From Candidatus Spongiisociaceae bacterium (GTDB lineage: Bacteria; Actinomycetota; Acidimicrobiia; Spongiisociales; Spongiisociaceae), in NCBI GenBank assembly GCA_965219685.1, contig CBDCOH010000002.1, positions 3,168,001 through 3,232,000 on the forward strand: a stretch of DNA of 64,000 bases, written 5' to 3'. The notes under the pieces were generated by a model. It did no database searches. It had not been told where the DNA came from and saw only the letters and a program-made list of their open reading frames with translations. This document shows positions 30,543 through 40,385 of this stretch, in pieces. The stretch's first letter is position 1; every line of letters begins with the position of its first letter. A program made the translations under genes and the position numbers.

Positions 30543-31361
30543 ATGCCCGGCTCGGCATCGACGACAACGAACTACACGATGGGCTATGACGAGGACTTCC
30601 TGCAGATGCTCAGGTGGCGCAGTGTGGAGACCCACGCCAGACACCTGCTCCCGCACCTCGAGCCCGGACTCAGCGTGCTCGACTTCGGCTGCGGGCCCGG
30701 AACCCTGTCTGTCGGCCTCGCCAGTGCGGTGGAGCCCGGCGAGTTCCACGGTATCGACATCGAGGAGTCTCAGATCGACCTGGCTCGTGCCGCGGCCCGA
30801 GCCGGCGGTCATGCCAATGCTTCTTTCCGGGTGGGGGACGTTACGGATCTCCCGTACGATGACGACACCTTCGATGTCGCCCACTGCCATACGGTGCTGA
30901 ACCATGTTCCGGACACCGATGCTGTCCTGAGCGAGGTCAGGAGGGTCCTGAAGCCGGGCGGGATCATATCCTGCCGCGAGTTGGTGGCTGCATCCTGCTT
31001 CTCGGAGCCCGCATACAGCCTGGCCGAGGCATGGGCGGTGTTCTCGACGTTGGTGACGGCCAACGGCGGGCACCCTCAGATCGGGAAGGAACTCAAGACC
31101 AAGTTGGTGGAGGCCGGATTCGCGGACATCCGGGCAACCGCTTCCTTCGACACCTTCACCAGCCCCGAGGGCATCGCCGTTCTCGACAGTGTGATCACCG
31201 AGTGGTTCTTCTCACCAAAGGTGATGACCGCCGCCACGACGTACGGGTTGGCAACCGAGGAGCAGTTCGACCAGTGGCGGATCGACCAGGAGAAGTGGAA
31301 GAAGCATCCGGGAGCCGTAGGAGCCATAGCCTTCGGAGAGGCCATAGCCTCCAAGCCGTAA
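30543..31361 (+). CDS. Class I SAM-dependent methyltransferase
   Basis: VLDFGCGPG, GIDIE, LPYDDDTFD, RVLKPGG. Confidence 0.9.
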   Translation: MPGSASTTTNYTMGYDEDFLQMLRWRSVETHARHLLPHLEPGLSVLDFGCGPGTLSVGLASAVEPGEFHGIDIEESQIDLARAAARAGGHANASFRVGDVTDLPYDDDTFDVAHCHTVLNHVPDTDAVLSEVRRVLKPGGIISCRELVAASCFSEPAYSLAEAWAVFSTLVTANGGHPQIGKELKTKLVEAGFADIRATASFDTFTSPEGIAVLDSVITEWFFSPKVMTAATTYGLATEEQFDQWRIDQEKWKKHPGAVGAIAFGEAIASKP

Positions 31362-31638
31362 CGCCTAGGCGGTCACGACTTCCCGACCAACGGTCGGCTT
31401 TGGCGCGGCCTCCCCGGTCTGCAAGGTGATCGATCATCATGGTTGCAGCGCGACTAACGGCCTAGGGGGGCCGGATCCCCGAGGGAGTCAGCAGTCTCCC
31501 GCCGCTGCCGGCGCTGGCAGGACAGGTCTTTGGGCTTTATCTCCGAAGGAGTCCCCGACAGTGGGCATCGATGGCTCTGCACGTAGACCTCGGAGAGTTA
31601 GTGGGTGTTGTGCCCAAACCCTTCTCCCGGCTGGCTGC

Positions 31639-32700
31639 TCAACTGATGGCTTGACCTGAGAGCACCCGGGCCGGGTTGAGGCGCAGCATCCGATCGATCT
31701 CTTCGTGCGACACGCCGCTCAACCGCAGCCTAGGGATGATCCGGCTGATGAAGTGGTCGTAGCCGTGGCCGCCGTAGGCACCCAGTTCGTGCTTGAAGCA
31801 GATGTCCTGGGCAGGGAAGATGTGGTCCACCAGGCCCGCCTCGATGAGCGAGACGATTGCCGACACGCGGACGTCGTCCGTTGGGAGTTGCCGACGGCGG
31901 CCCCGGTAGTACAGGTGGCGACCGAAGGTATCGAGACCCAGGTTGGCGCCCATGTCCGCCACGCGCCGGTACTTGTCGACGTCGGTGCGGAACCGGTCGT
32001 CGAGGTGGCTCTGCACCACTCTCGTCAGGTCGGCGCCGGCCTCGTCCAGCACCCCCAGCACCTCGAAGGGGGACTCGTCACCCGGAGCCGAGTGGGCGAT
32101 GATGGCGCATCCCGTCTCCTGCTGGGCGATCGCCGCGGCGCGCAGGACCTTGCGTTCGACGGGGTCCATCGGGAAGGTCCCCATCCCGATCTCCCCGATC
32201 ACGCCGGCCTTGAGATCGGTCCCGTCCATACCCACTGTGATGTCGTTGATCATCTCGGCGGCGAGGTCGTCCACGGATCTGGCTCCCGTGCGCGGAGGAT
32301 GTGTCTCCTTTATGTAGTACCCGCATCCGGCGATCAGGTTCAAACCGGTCTGCGCTGCGAGCCACTCCAGGACCCGGACGTCGCGTCCCAGCCCGGGAGG
32401 TGTCGCATCGACGATGGCGGCGCCACCGGCCTCCCGGTAGCGGAGCAGTTCGCCGGCCATCACCGGGGGATCGTCGATCAGCAGGTTGTCGCGTACCCCG
32501 AACGGGCTGGCCTTGATCCGGCCGAGCCTCTCGGGAGCGAGAGGTAGGAAGGCCACCTCGGGATCGTCGGACGGACTCCAGTAGCAGCGCAGGTTCACCA
32601 TCAGGTGCTCGTGGATCAGGGTGTTCCCGAGTTCGGATGCAGCAACCTGGCCTGTGACCGTCTGGACCTGGGATTCGGCCCGCTCCGCGCCGGTGCTCAT
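31639..32700 (-). CDS. Phosphotriesterase-related (PHP/PTE) amidohydrolase
   Basis: TLIHEHL, DATPPGLGRD, GEIG, AH, SHLD, QD. Confidence 0.88.
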   Translation of the reverse strand: MSTGAERAESQVQTVTGQVAASELGNTLIHEHLMVNLRCYWSPSDDPEVAFLPLAPERLGRIKASPFGVRDNLLIDDPPVMAGELLRYREAGGAAIVDATPPGLGRDVRVLEWLAAQTGLNLIAGCGYYIKETHPPRTGARSVDDLAAEMINDITVGMDGTDLKAGVIGEIGMGTFPMDPVERKVLRAAAIAQQETGCAIIAHSAPGDESPFEVLGVLDEAGADLTRVVQSHLDDRFRTDVDKYRRVADMGANLGLDTFGRHLYYRGRRRQLPTDDVRVSAIVSLIEAGLVDHIFPAQDICFKHELGAYGGHGYDHFISRIIPRLRLSGVSHEEIDRMLRLNPARVLSGQAIS

Positions 32701-34028
32701 AGAGCCGAGCGGAAGGAATCCAGTGCGGAGCCGAACCGTTCGACGGTCTCGTCGATCACCGCATCCGTGTGGGCGGCCGACGGGAAGAAGTTGCCGAAAC
32801 CCGAGATGCGCACGCCTGCTGCCATGAGATGCGGCAGGAACTCGATTCTCCGGGCCTGGTCGGTCATCAGGACGTCACGGTGGTTACGCACCGCGGGGAG
32901 GTCGGTGAACATCAGGTTGAAGATGGTCGGCAGGCCTTGGACGCGACCCGGTATGTCCTGGCCGGTCATCGCCTCGTTGAGTCCGCTCATGAGCCGCCGA
33001 CCGCGTGCCTCCATGGCCCCGTACAACTCCTCGCCACCCTCGTACAGGTGCTCGAGGGTGGCCCGGGCCGCCGCCATTGTGATGGGGGTGGCGTTGAAAG
33101 TCCCGGCATGCGTAACCTTGCCGGTCCCGATACCCGCCATCAGGTCGCGCCGGCCGGCCACACATCCCACGGGGAACCCCGAGGCGAGGGCCTTGCCCAT
33201 GGTCGTCAGGTCCGGAGTCACCCCGTAGCGGCCCTGGGCGCCTCCCAGGGAGGCCCGGAACCCGGTTATCACCTCGTCGAAGATCAGCACGATGCCGTGC
33301 TCGTCGCACACTCGGCGCACCACCTCCAGATAGCCGGGAACGGGCTCCACGACCCCGCTGTTGGCCATCACCGGCTCCATGATCACCGCGGCGATCTCGT
33401 GGCCATGGGCGGAGGTGAGCTCGCGGAGGGCTTCGGGGTCGTTCCAAGGCGCCACGATCAGAGTGCCGGCGGCGTCCGTGGCCACGCCGGCCGATTCCGG
33501 CACCGCCTCGGTACCGCGCCCGTCCGACCTGGTCTGCGAGCTGCTGCCCACATTGAAGAGGACGCTGTCGGCCCATCCGTGGTAATGGCCCTCGAACTTG
33601 AGCACGGTGTTGCGGCCGGTCGCGGCGCGCGCTATCCGGAGGGCGGCCTGTACCGCCTCGGTCCCGGTCATGTTGAACCGGACCACCTCGGCGGAAGGCA
33701 CCGTGCGTGTAATGAGCCGTGCTACCTCCACCTCCAACTCGTGCTGGGCGCCGTACAGGATGCCCTTCCCCAGTTGCTCCTCGACCGCCGCCGTGACGAA
33801 GGCGGGGCGGTGCCCGAGCAGCATCGGACCCTGACCCATCACGTAGTCGATGAGGCGATTCCCGTCGACGTCGTAAAGGTAGGGCCCCTCGCTCGCTTCG
33901 AAGAAGATCGGGTGGGGCTTCTCCCCCATGCGGACGTTGCTGTTGACGCCGCCCGGTATCACCTTCTTCGAGTCTTCGTGGAGGAGGCGCGAATTCCGGA
34001 AGGTCAGCTTTCCGTCACCGGCCTGCAC
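32697..34028 (-). CDS. Class-III PLP aminotransferase (GSA-aminomutase-like)
   Basis: PGGVNSNVR, GTEA, FEGHYHG, FDEVITGFR, PDLTTMGK, GTFN. Confidence 0.88.
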   Translation of the reverse strand: MQAGDGKLTFRNSRLLHEDSKKVIPGGVNSNVRMGEKPHPIFFEASEGPYLYDVDGNRLIDYVMGQGPMLLGHRPAFVTAAVEEQLGKGILYGAQHELEVEVARLITRTVPSAEVVRFNMTGTEAVQAALRIARAATGRNTVLKFEGHYHGWADSVLFNVGSSSQTRSDGRGTEAVPESAGVATDAAGTLIVAPWNDPEALRELTSAHGHEIAAVIMEPVMANSGVVEPVPGYLEVVRRVCDEHGIVLIFDEVITGFRASLGGAQGRYGVTPDLTTMGKALASGFPVGCVAGRRDLMAGIGTGKVTHAGTFNATPITMAAARATLEHLYEGGEELYGAMEARGRRLMSGLNEAMTGQDIPGRVQGLPTIFNLMFTDLPAVRNHRDVLMTDQARRIEFLPHLMAAGVRISGFGNFFPSAAHTDAVIDETVERFGSALDSFRSAL

Positions 34029-34135
34029 GTTTCGCTCCTTTGGTCGTCCGCCACGAAATGGTAGTGGTGCGTCTGGAAGCTGGACGGAAACTGCCGATAG
34101 TATCCGAATTCCATAACCCGCCCCGGAGGTGTCAG

Positions 34136-35284
34136 GTGACGATCCCGAGACAACCCGCGTTCGGTCCGGGCGAGTTCCGGAGACGCTGGGAGAGGGTGCG
34201 CGCCGCTATGGAGGTAGTCGGCGTCGACCTACTGGTGACCTTCAGCCCGCACAATGTGTTCTACCTGACGGGTATGGACTCGGAGAACCTGTTCGACTAC
34301 CAGTGCGCAGTGCTGGGGTCCGACATGGACGCGCCGATGCTGGTCATCTTCGAGTTCGAGCTTGCCCGGGCCGAGAACTCGGTCGCGGTGGACGACATCC
34401 GGTCGTACGGTACCTTCGACGATCCGATCGCGTTCACGCTCGAACAGTTGACCGGGATGCCCGGAAGGAAGATCGCTCTGGACCGGAGCACCCTTCCCGT
34501 GGCCCGCTACGGGAGCCTCCTGGCCGGTCTCGACGGGTACGAACTCACCGACGCCTTCGGGTTGGTGGAGGGGGTGCGCCTCGTCAAGTCGGAAGACGAG
34601 TTGCGGCTCATGGAACGGGCCGCAGCGCTGACGGATGTAGGCGTCGCGGCGGCCACGGCCGAGATCGCCGAGGGAGTGGAGGACCGAGTGGTGGCGGCTG
34701 CGATCGTGGACGCCATGTACAGGGCCGGGAGCGACACTCTCTGCTGGGGCCCGATCGTGGCGGCCGGATACCGGGCCGGGGCAGCGCATAGCACCTTCAA
34801 CGGCCACCGCATCGGCCGAGGCGAGACGGTCTTCCTCGAGCTGACGGGGGAGGTGTCACGGTACGTGTCACCCCTGATGCGCACGGTGGTGGCGGGCGAA
34901 CCATCGGCCGGCATGATGCGGGTGGAGGCGGCGGTGACGGCCGCCCTGGAAGCCGTCCGGACGAACGCCCGACCGGGTGCTTCGGCTCGCGATGTCGCCG
35001 CTCGTGGTCTCGCCGCCCTCAATGGCGTCCTGGAGGGGCACGTATTCCACCACTACTTCGGATATCCGGTGGGAATCGGCTATCCCCCGAGTTGGATCGA
35101 AGCTCTCGGCTTCTTCATCCGCGCCGACAACGACCGGCCGCTTGAACGAGGGATGGCCTTTCACCTGCCGATGTCGATCAGGAAATACGGGGAGTACGGG
35201 GTGAACCTCAGCCACACCCTGGTGGTGGAAGAGGGCGGGGCCCGCGTCCTCGGATCATCGCCCGCCCGACTGGCCGTAGTGTGA
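34136..35284 (+). CDS. M24 pita-bread-fold hydrolase, EutD/DoeA-like (second paralog)
   Basis: RLVKS.DE, AHST, FLEL.G..RYVSPLMRT, GYPVGIGYPPSW; GGAGGT RBS + GTG. Confidence 0.82.
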   Translation: MTIPRQPAFGPGEFRRRWERVRAAMEVVGVDLLVTFSPHNVFYLTGMDSENLFDYQCAVLGSDMDAPMLVIFEFELARAENSVAVDDIRSYGTFDDPIAFTLEQLTGMPGRKIALDRSTLPVARYGSLLAGLDGYELTDAFGLVEGVRLVKSEDELRLMERAAALTDVGVAAATAEIAEGVEDRVVAAAIVDAMYRAGSDTLCWGPIVAAGYRAGAAHSTFNGHRIGRGETVFLELTGEVSRYVSPLMRTVVAGEPSAGMMRVEAAVTAALEAVRTNARPGASARDVAARGLAALNGVLEGHVFHHYFGYPVGIGYPPSWIEALGFFIRADNDRPLERGMAFHLPMSIRKYGEYGVNLSHTLVVEEGGARVLGSSPARLAVV

Positions 35285-35354
35285 GCCAGCCACTCCCCGT
35301 GGCAGTCCATGGACGAGCGGGTTCTGCAGAGTCACAGGTAAGGAGGGTGGAGGA

Positions 35355-36074
35355 GTGAAACGGTTCGGATACCTGTACCCCGGTTACGCCAGCGAGGACG
35401 ACTACCCGCTGATGGCCGCTTCCGTCGACCCGCCGGTCGAGAACCGGGTGTTCCACACAGAGGTGCCCGTGGATGCCCACCGCCCGGACGCTCTGCGGAT
35501 GGTGGGAGACCTCGAGTTGCTGCTGGAGCCGATGGATGATGTCCAAGCCTTCGGACCCGACGCGCTCTCGTGGGCCTGCACCAGCGGGAGCTTCATCTTC
35601 GGACCCGAAGGAGCCAAACGCCAAGTCGATGAGATCGAGAAGGCCTACGACATCCCGAGTTCCAGCACGTCGCTGGCCTTCCTGAGGGCCATCGACCACC
35701 TCGGAGTCGAGCGCGTGGCGGTGAGGGCAACGTACCCCGATGACGTGGCACGGATGTTCGGAGACTTCGTCGAAGCGGTCGGCGCAACGGTCCAATCGGT
35801 GGAGTGCCTGCACATCATCACCGGGGTGGAGGTCGGGACCCTCCGACCGGACCGCATCATCGACTTCGTGGCATCCACCACGACGCCGGATGTGGATGCG
35901 GTACTGGTTCCGGACACTGCAATGGCCACCGCCTCGTTCCTCGGTGACCTGGAGGAGGCCACCGGAGCCATCGTGCTCACCGCCAACCAGGTCACCATGT
36001 GGGACCTGATGCAGATGGCGGGCTGGGAGGGCGCATACCCCGGCGGCGGCACGCTCTTCACCGGACGACCCTAG
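35355..36074 (+). CDS. Asp/Glu racemase / maleate isomerase family (EutA-like); second catalytic Cys apparently replaced (VPDTA)
   Basis: GYLYPG..EDDY, WACTSGSF, VLTANQVTMW. Confidence 0.83.
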   Translation: MKRFGYLYPGYASEDDYPLMAASVDPPVENRVFHTEVPVDAHRPDALRMVGDLELLLEPMDDVQAFGPDALSWACTSGSFIFGPEGAKRQVDEIEKAYDIPSSSTSLAFLRAIDHLGVERVAVRATYPDDVARMFGDFVEAVGATVQSVECLHIITGVEVGTLRPDRIIDFVASTTTPDVDAVLVPDTAMATASFLGDLEEATGAIVLTANQVTMWDLMQMAGWEGAYPGGGTLFTGRP

Positions 36075-36111
36075 GGGAGTCGCCGCAGCCGCTCACCCTT
36101 ACCCGACCAGA

Positions 36112-36318
36112 TCGCGAAAATCACCGCCGCCCATCCGTGCTACGGGCCTTCCCCCACCACCACCGTACCTGGGTTCGCAGCGCGGCCTGTTGCGCCCCTG
36201 ACGGGCGATCCGGCTCCGACATGATTGGCCCGCGGCGGTAGGATGACGTCCGGTTCGATCCGCCGGGTGTTGACGCTCCTCACTGTGCGACATAACTGTG
36301 ACAACGTCCACCCCCTCG
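36112..36318 (-). repeat. Dispersed element family A, copy 3 (most diverged)
   Basis: Reverse complement reads CGAGGGGGTGGAC..GGTGGTGGTGGGGGAAGGCCC..TTTTCGCGA with spacing similar to copies 1 and 2. Confidence 0.65.
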
Positions 36319-36440
36319 TTGGGGCCCGAATCTCGCGACTCCGGCTCTGTACCCACCGATAGATCGTCCCACCCTCGCAGAATCCGGAGGAGGGCCGTGC
36401 GGCCGGTATCCTCGGTTCCGAAGCGACCGAGGTAGGCGAC

Positions 36441-37199
36441 GTGGGAAGACTTGCTGGTAAGGCCGCCATCGTGACCGGTGGCGCGCGGGGCATCGGCCGG
36501 GCCATCGCCACACGGTTTCTCCAGGAGGGAGCACGCGTGCTCATCTGCGACATCCTCGAGGAACGGCTCTCGGAGACGGTCGGGGAACTGGCCGAACTCG
36601 GCGAGGTTCACGGCCACGCGGGGGATCTGAGCCGCAAGGGTGTCTGCGAGGCTGCGGTCCGCCGGGCGGTCGGGTTGTTCGGTGGCCTCCACATCGTGGT
36701 CAACAACGCAGGCATCGCCCGGTGGGCGCCCTTCCTGGACCACTCCGAGGAGGACTGGGACCGGACCTTCGACGTCAATCTCAAGGCGGTCTTCCTGCTC
36801 AGCCAGCAGGCGGCCCGGGTGATGGTTGAACAGGGCGAGGGCGGGGTGATCCTCAGCATGGCTTCCAACAACGGCCACGTGCCCGAGCCGGAGGTGGCGG
36901 CCTACAACGCCTCGAAGGGTGGGGTGGTGCTGCTCACCAAGACGATGGCGATCGAACTGGCCAAGTACAACATCCGGGCCAACAGCATCGCGCCCGGCCA
37001 CATAGGACCGACCGACCTGTCCCTGGAGGGTGGCGCCGACGAGACCTTCTTCGAGACTCTGAAGGACGGGATCCCTCTGGGCCGCCTGGGAAAGCTGGAG
37101 GAGGTTGCCGCTCTCTACACGTTCCTGGCCTCCGACGAGGCGCAGTTCATCAACGGCCACAGCATCATCATCGACGGGGGCCAGACAGCCGGCCAGTAA
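36441..37199 (+). CDS. Short-chain dehydrogenase/reductase
   Basis: TGGARGIG, NNAG, YNASK, APG. Confidence 0.92.
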   Translation: MGRLAGKAAIVTGGARGIGRAIATRFLQEGARVLICDILEERLSETVGELAELGEVHGHAGDLSRKGVCEAAVRRAVGLFGGLHIVVNNAGIARWAPFLDHSEEDWDRTFDVNLKAVFLLSQQAARVMVEQGEGGVILSMASNNGHVPEPEVAAYNASKGGVVLLTKTMAIELAKYNIRANSIAPGHIGPTDLSLEGGADETFFETLKDGIPLGRLGKLEEVAALYTFLASDEAQFINGHSIIIDGGQTAGQ

Positions 37200-37305
37200 C
37201 CCGGGACTACCGAATGAGCGTCCTCGTAGTATAGCTCTAACTTATTATTTATGATATAGTGATTATATTCCGATAGAAAACGTTGCAGAGGTAGGAGGAG
37301 CCACG

Positions 37306-37662
37306 ATGGGTATATTCGCCTGGCCGTTGCGAGTATCGAGCCCGGACGGCGAGCGCACGCTGGACATCGAGGCAATGGTGGACACCGGCGCCTCGTACAC
37401 CGTCCTGCCTTGCCGAATGCTCGATCAGTTGGGAATCGAACCGACGCGCAAGCTCACATTCGAGTTGGCCGACGGGCAGCCCAAGGTGATGGATGTGGGG
37501 AGCGCTCGGGTTACGATCGACGGCTCCACCCACGTGACCCCGGTCGCTTTCGGAGTGGATGGCACGGACGCGCTGCTCGGCGCGGTCACCTTGCAGGAAC
37601 TGGCTCTAGTCGTCGACTCCTTTAGGGAGAGGCTCGTACCTGCGGAAACCCTTCGCTACTAG
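37306..37662 (+). CDS. Single-domain retropepsin-like (clan AA) aspartyl protease
   Basis: MVDTGASYTVLP, LADG, ALLG..TL motifs; AGGAGGAG RBS. Confidence 0.88.
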   Translation: MGIFAWPLRVSSPDGERTLDIEAMVDTGASYTVLPCRMLDQLGIEPTRKLTFELADGQPKVMDVGSARVTIDGSTHVTPVAFGVDGTDALLGAVTLQELALVVDSFRERLVPAETLRY

Positions 37663-37690
37663 ACGAGTAGTTCCAAGCCATCCGACTGAA

Positions 37691-37896
37691 GCGATCACAC
37701 TGAACGATCAGCACACAATATGCGCAACACAGCTGTGACTCGAATGCATCCGTCTCCCTTGCGGGTCCCCCTGCCTTCTGTTCTCGAGTGAGGTACCACA
37801 CTCGGCGCGACATGAACTCGGACCGCCCTTTGCTCAGCCGGTATGACATTCCGATCTAGCGCTAACCACCGATCACCAACTATCGACTAACAACTA
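37691..37896 (+). repeat. Dispersed element family B, copy 2
   Basis: Inverted homolog of 17677-17879. Confidence 0.85.
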
Positions 37897-38014
37897 CTCA
37901 TCTAGCTCGGTCCGAGCATCGCCCAGACGACGCCCACTGCGATCTTGTGACAGAATGCGGGGTCAGCGGAACGGCTGCGACAGTCCTCGCGCTCTCCTAC
38001 CAGGAGGTCTCGGA

Positions 38015-39430
38015 ATGATCCTCTTCGACAATTGCAGGTACCTGATCACGACGCCGAACCCGGAGGGCGTCATCGAGGGTGGATGGGTTCTCGTCGACGG
38101 GCCCCTCATCCACTCTGCCGGCGGGCCCGGCGACTCCCCAGCCGACGGGTCGGTACCCGAGGGCGTCGAGGTCGTGGACTGTAGCGACAAAATGGTGATG
38201 CCCGGGATGGTCGACAGCCACAACCACCTTGCCAACTATCCCTACAACCTGCTTCCCGGCATCGATCCCTCGTCGATGGACTTCAACGGGATATCGGAGT
38301 GTCTGGAGAAGCTCATCTGGCCCGCCTACACGTGGGCCACCGACGCGAGCACCTACGACCTGACCGTGCTGGCGATGTGCAACGCCATCAAACACGGGAC
38401 CACCACCATCACCAGCGCGTTCCCTTGGCCCGACGCCACCTACCGGGCCGGGGTGACATCGGGGATCAGAACCATCATCCAACCCCAAGCGGTCAGCAAC
38501 GTGGCGCTCGGTGACGGCCTGGACGACGAGGGATACCTCGCCCAGACCGAGGAGGCGATCCGGAACTACCACAACGCCGAGGACGGGCGGATCCAGGTGG
38601 CGGCGCATCCCCACACCACCTACTCCTGTTCGGAGCGACTGCTGCTCGGCTGCATGGAGTTGGCCGAGCGCTACGACGTGGGATTCGCCATCCACATGCT
38701 CGAAAGCATCGAGGATCGCCACCTATCGGACGCCCAGTTCGCCGAATGGGGAGGCATCATCAACTACTTCCACGCGAAGGGACTGCTCCAGGAACGAACG
38801 CTGTTCTTCCACTGCGACCAGATGAACATGCGCGAGGCCGAGATGATTGCGGAGGCGGGGGTCGCCATCTCCCACAACCCGCAATCCAACGCCACCTATC
38901 ACGGCTCGGTCGCCGACGTTCCTACGCTGCGGGCCGCCGGCGTAACCCTCGGCCTCGGCACCGACATGCCCGCCGGGAACCTGTTCGACAATATGTACAC
39001 CGCGTTCATCGTCAACGCCACGGTCCCCCCCGACCAGGAGGCGCAGTACGAACCCTGGGTGCCGCTCGAGTTGGCAACCATCGGGGGTGCCAGGGCACAG
39101 CGACTGGGCGACAAGATCGGCACGCTCGAGGCCGGCAAGCGGGCGGACCTGATCACCGTCGACCTGAGCCGCAACACGACCCTGCACCCGCTCAACGCCG
39201 GGAACCTCCTCTTCTGGCTGGTGAGCCAGGGAGCGGGTACGGTCGTGGAGGAGTCGATGGTCGACGGAAGGTTCCTGAGGCGAGACGGGGAGTTCACGGA
39301 ACTGGACGAAGAAGCGATCATCGCCCGCTCCTACGAGTGGATGGCCAACTTCGAGTCGTGGTACCGCCACCGGACGGCGACCGGGCAGGCCGTAACCGTC
39401 AGGAAGTACCCCGACTACGAGAGGCGCTAG
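38015..39430 (+). CDS. Metal-dependent amidohydrolase (Atz/Trz/SsnA-like)
   Basis: PGMVDSHNH, GTTT, HMLES, HC, HNPQSN, GLGTD, GKRADL; AGGAGG RBS. Confidence 0.88.
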   Translation: MILFDNCRYLITTPNPEGVIEGGWVLVDGPLIHSAGGPGDSPADGSVPEGVEVVDCSDKMVMPGMVDSHNHLANYPYNLLPGIDPSSMDFNGISECLEKLIWPAYTWATDASTYDLTVLAMCNAIKHGTTTITSAFPWPDATYRAGVTSGIRTIIQPQAVSNVALGDGLDDEGYLAQTEEAIRNYHNAEDGRIQVAAHPHTTYSCSERLLLGCMELAERYDVGFAIHMLESIEDRHLSDAQFAEWGGIINYFHAKGLLQERTLFFHCDQMNMREAEMIAEAGVAISHNPQSNATYHGSVADVPTLRAAGVTLGLGTDMPAGNLFDNMYTAFIVNATVPPDQEAQYEPWVPLELATIGGARAQRLGDKIGTLEAGKRADLITVDLSRNTTLHPLNAGNLLFWLVSQGAGTVVEESMVDGRFLRRDGEFTELDEEAIIARSYEWMANFESWYRHRTATGQAVTVRKYPDYERR

Positions 39431-39451
39431 GCCTGTCCCTGCACGCTCGGG

Positions 39452-40348
39452 ATGGTACGGAGTCGGGCCGTGACGGATTCCGTCGAGGACCAGAGACTTC
39501 TCCCAGCCCTTAGCGCGCTCGGATCCGGCGATGCCGATGCGCTGCGGGGAATCCTCGACGGCGACCCGGACTTGGTGAACCTTCCGGTCGGCGACTCCAC
39601 CATGCTCGAGTTGATGACCCAGCCCGATGCCGGATCGCCCTCACCCGAGACCGTCGCCGTGCTCGTCGACGCCGGCGCCACGTTGGATCGGGCCCTGAAT
39701 CTCGCCGCCTGCTGGAACCTGGCGGAACTCTGCTCTCAGCTGCTCGCGGCGGGCGCCGATCCGGCCGCCCGCGCCGACGCCGGCATCACTCCGCTGGAGT
39801 CCGCCGCCATGCACAGCTCCACCGAGGCTGCCGATGTCCTGGTCGAACACGGCGTCCACCGGCGCACGCTGTGGCTGGCTGCGGCCTCGGGTCTGCTGCC
39901 AATGGTCCGGAACTGGGTGGCGGGGGACGGGTCACTAATGGCGGATCCGGGCCCCTACCGGCCGGACTGGGCCGCCGTGGGCCGTCCGGCCGGTGGTCGG
40001 CGTACGGATGACCCGGCCGAGATCGTCGGCGAGGCCTTCGTGTTCGCCGCCGCCAACGACCGCCACCATGTCGTCGATTACCTGCTGGACACAGGCGCGG
40101 ATGTCGACGCGCGTCCGTACCGGAACACGACCGGATTGCATCTCGCCATCCAGTTCCGGCGGCCGAGGATGGTACGGCTTCTCCTGGAAAGGGGCGCATC
40201 CGTCACCATCGAGGACGACAATCACCGGTCGGATGCCTCCGGCTGGGCGCGCGCCTGCGACGACGGTAGCGACGAGGCCATCGGTATACGCCGGATGGTG
40301 CGATCCGCCCGTTCTCGCAAAGGCCTCGCGCCGCAACGAGCCCCGTGA
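39452..40348 (+). CDS. Ankyrin-repeat protein
   Basis: GITPLESAA, LLAAGADP, LLDTGADVDAR, TTGLHLA..LLERGA. Confidence 0.8.
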   Translation: MVRSRAVTDSVEDQRLLPALSALGSGDADALRGILDGDPDLVNLPVGDSTMLELMTQPDAGSPSPETVAVLVDAGATLDRALNLAACWNLAELCSQLLAAGADPAARADAGITPLESAAMHSSTEAADVLVEHGVHRRTLWLAAASGLLPMVRNWVAGDGSLMADPGPYRPDWAAVGRPAGGRRTDDPAEIVGEAFVFAAANDRHHVVDYLLDTGADVDARPYRNTTGLHLAIQFRRPRMVRLLLERGASVTIEDDNHRSDASGWARACDDGSDEAIGIRRMVRSARSRKGLAPQRAP

Positions 40349-40385
40349 TCGCCGAACCCGTCCCGCCTCGTTGAGAGACGGCAGC

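Noticed and set aside
31362-31638. Intergenic stretch as an ncRNA or gene remnant
   Set aside because: No recognisable motif, repeat partner or coding signal
32697-34028. Calling either class-III aminotransferase hemL
   Set aside because: Two divergent paralogues in a catabolic context with no tetrapyrrole genes nearby; only a family-level call is supported
36410-36432. 7-bp inverted repeat covering the SDR ribosome-binding region
   Set aside because: Short stem overlapping a possible -10 box; cannot be told apart from chance
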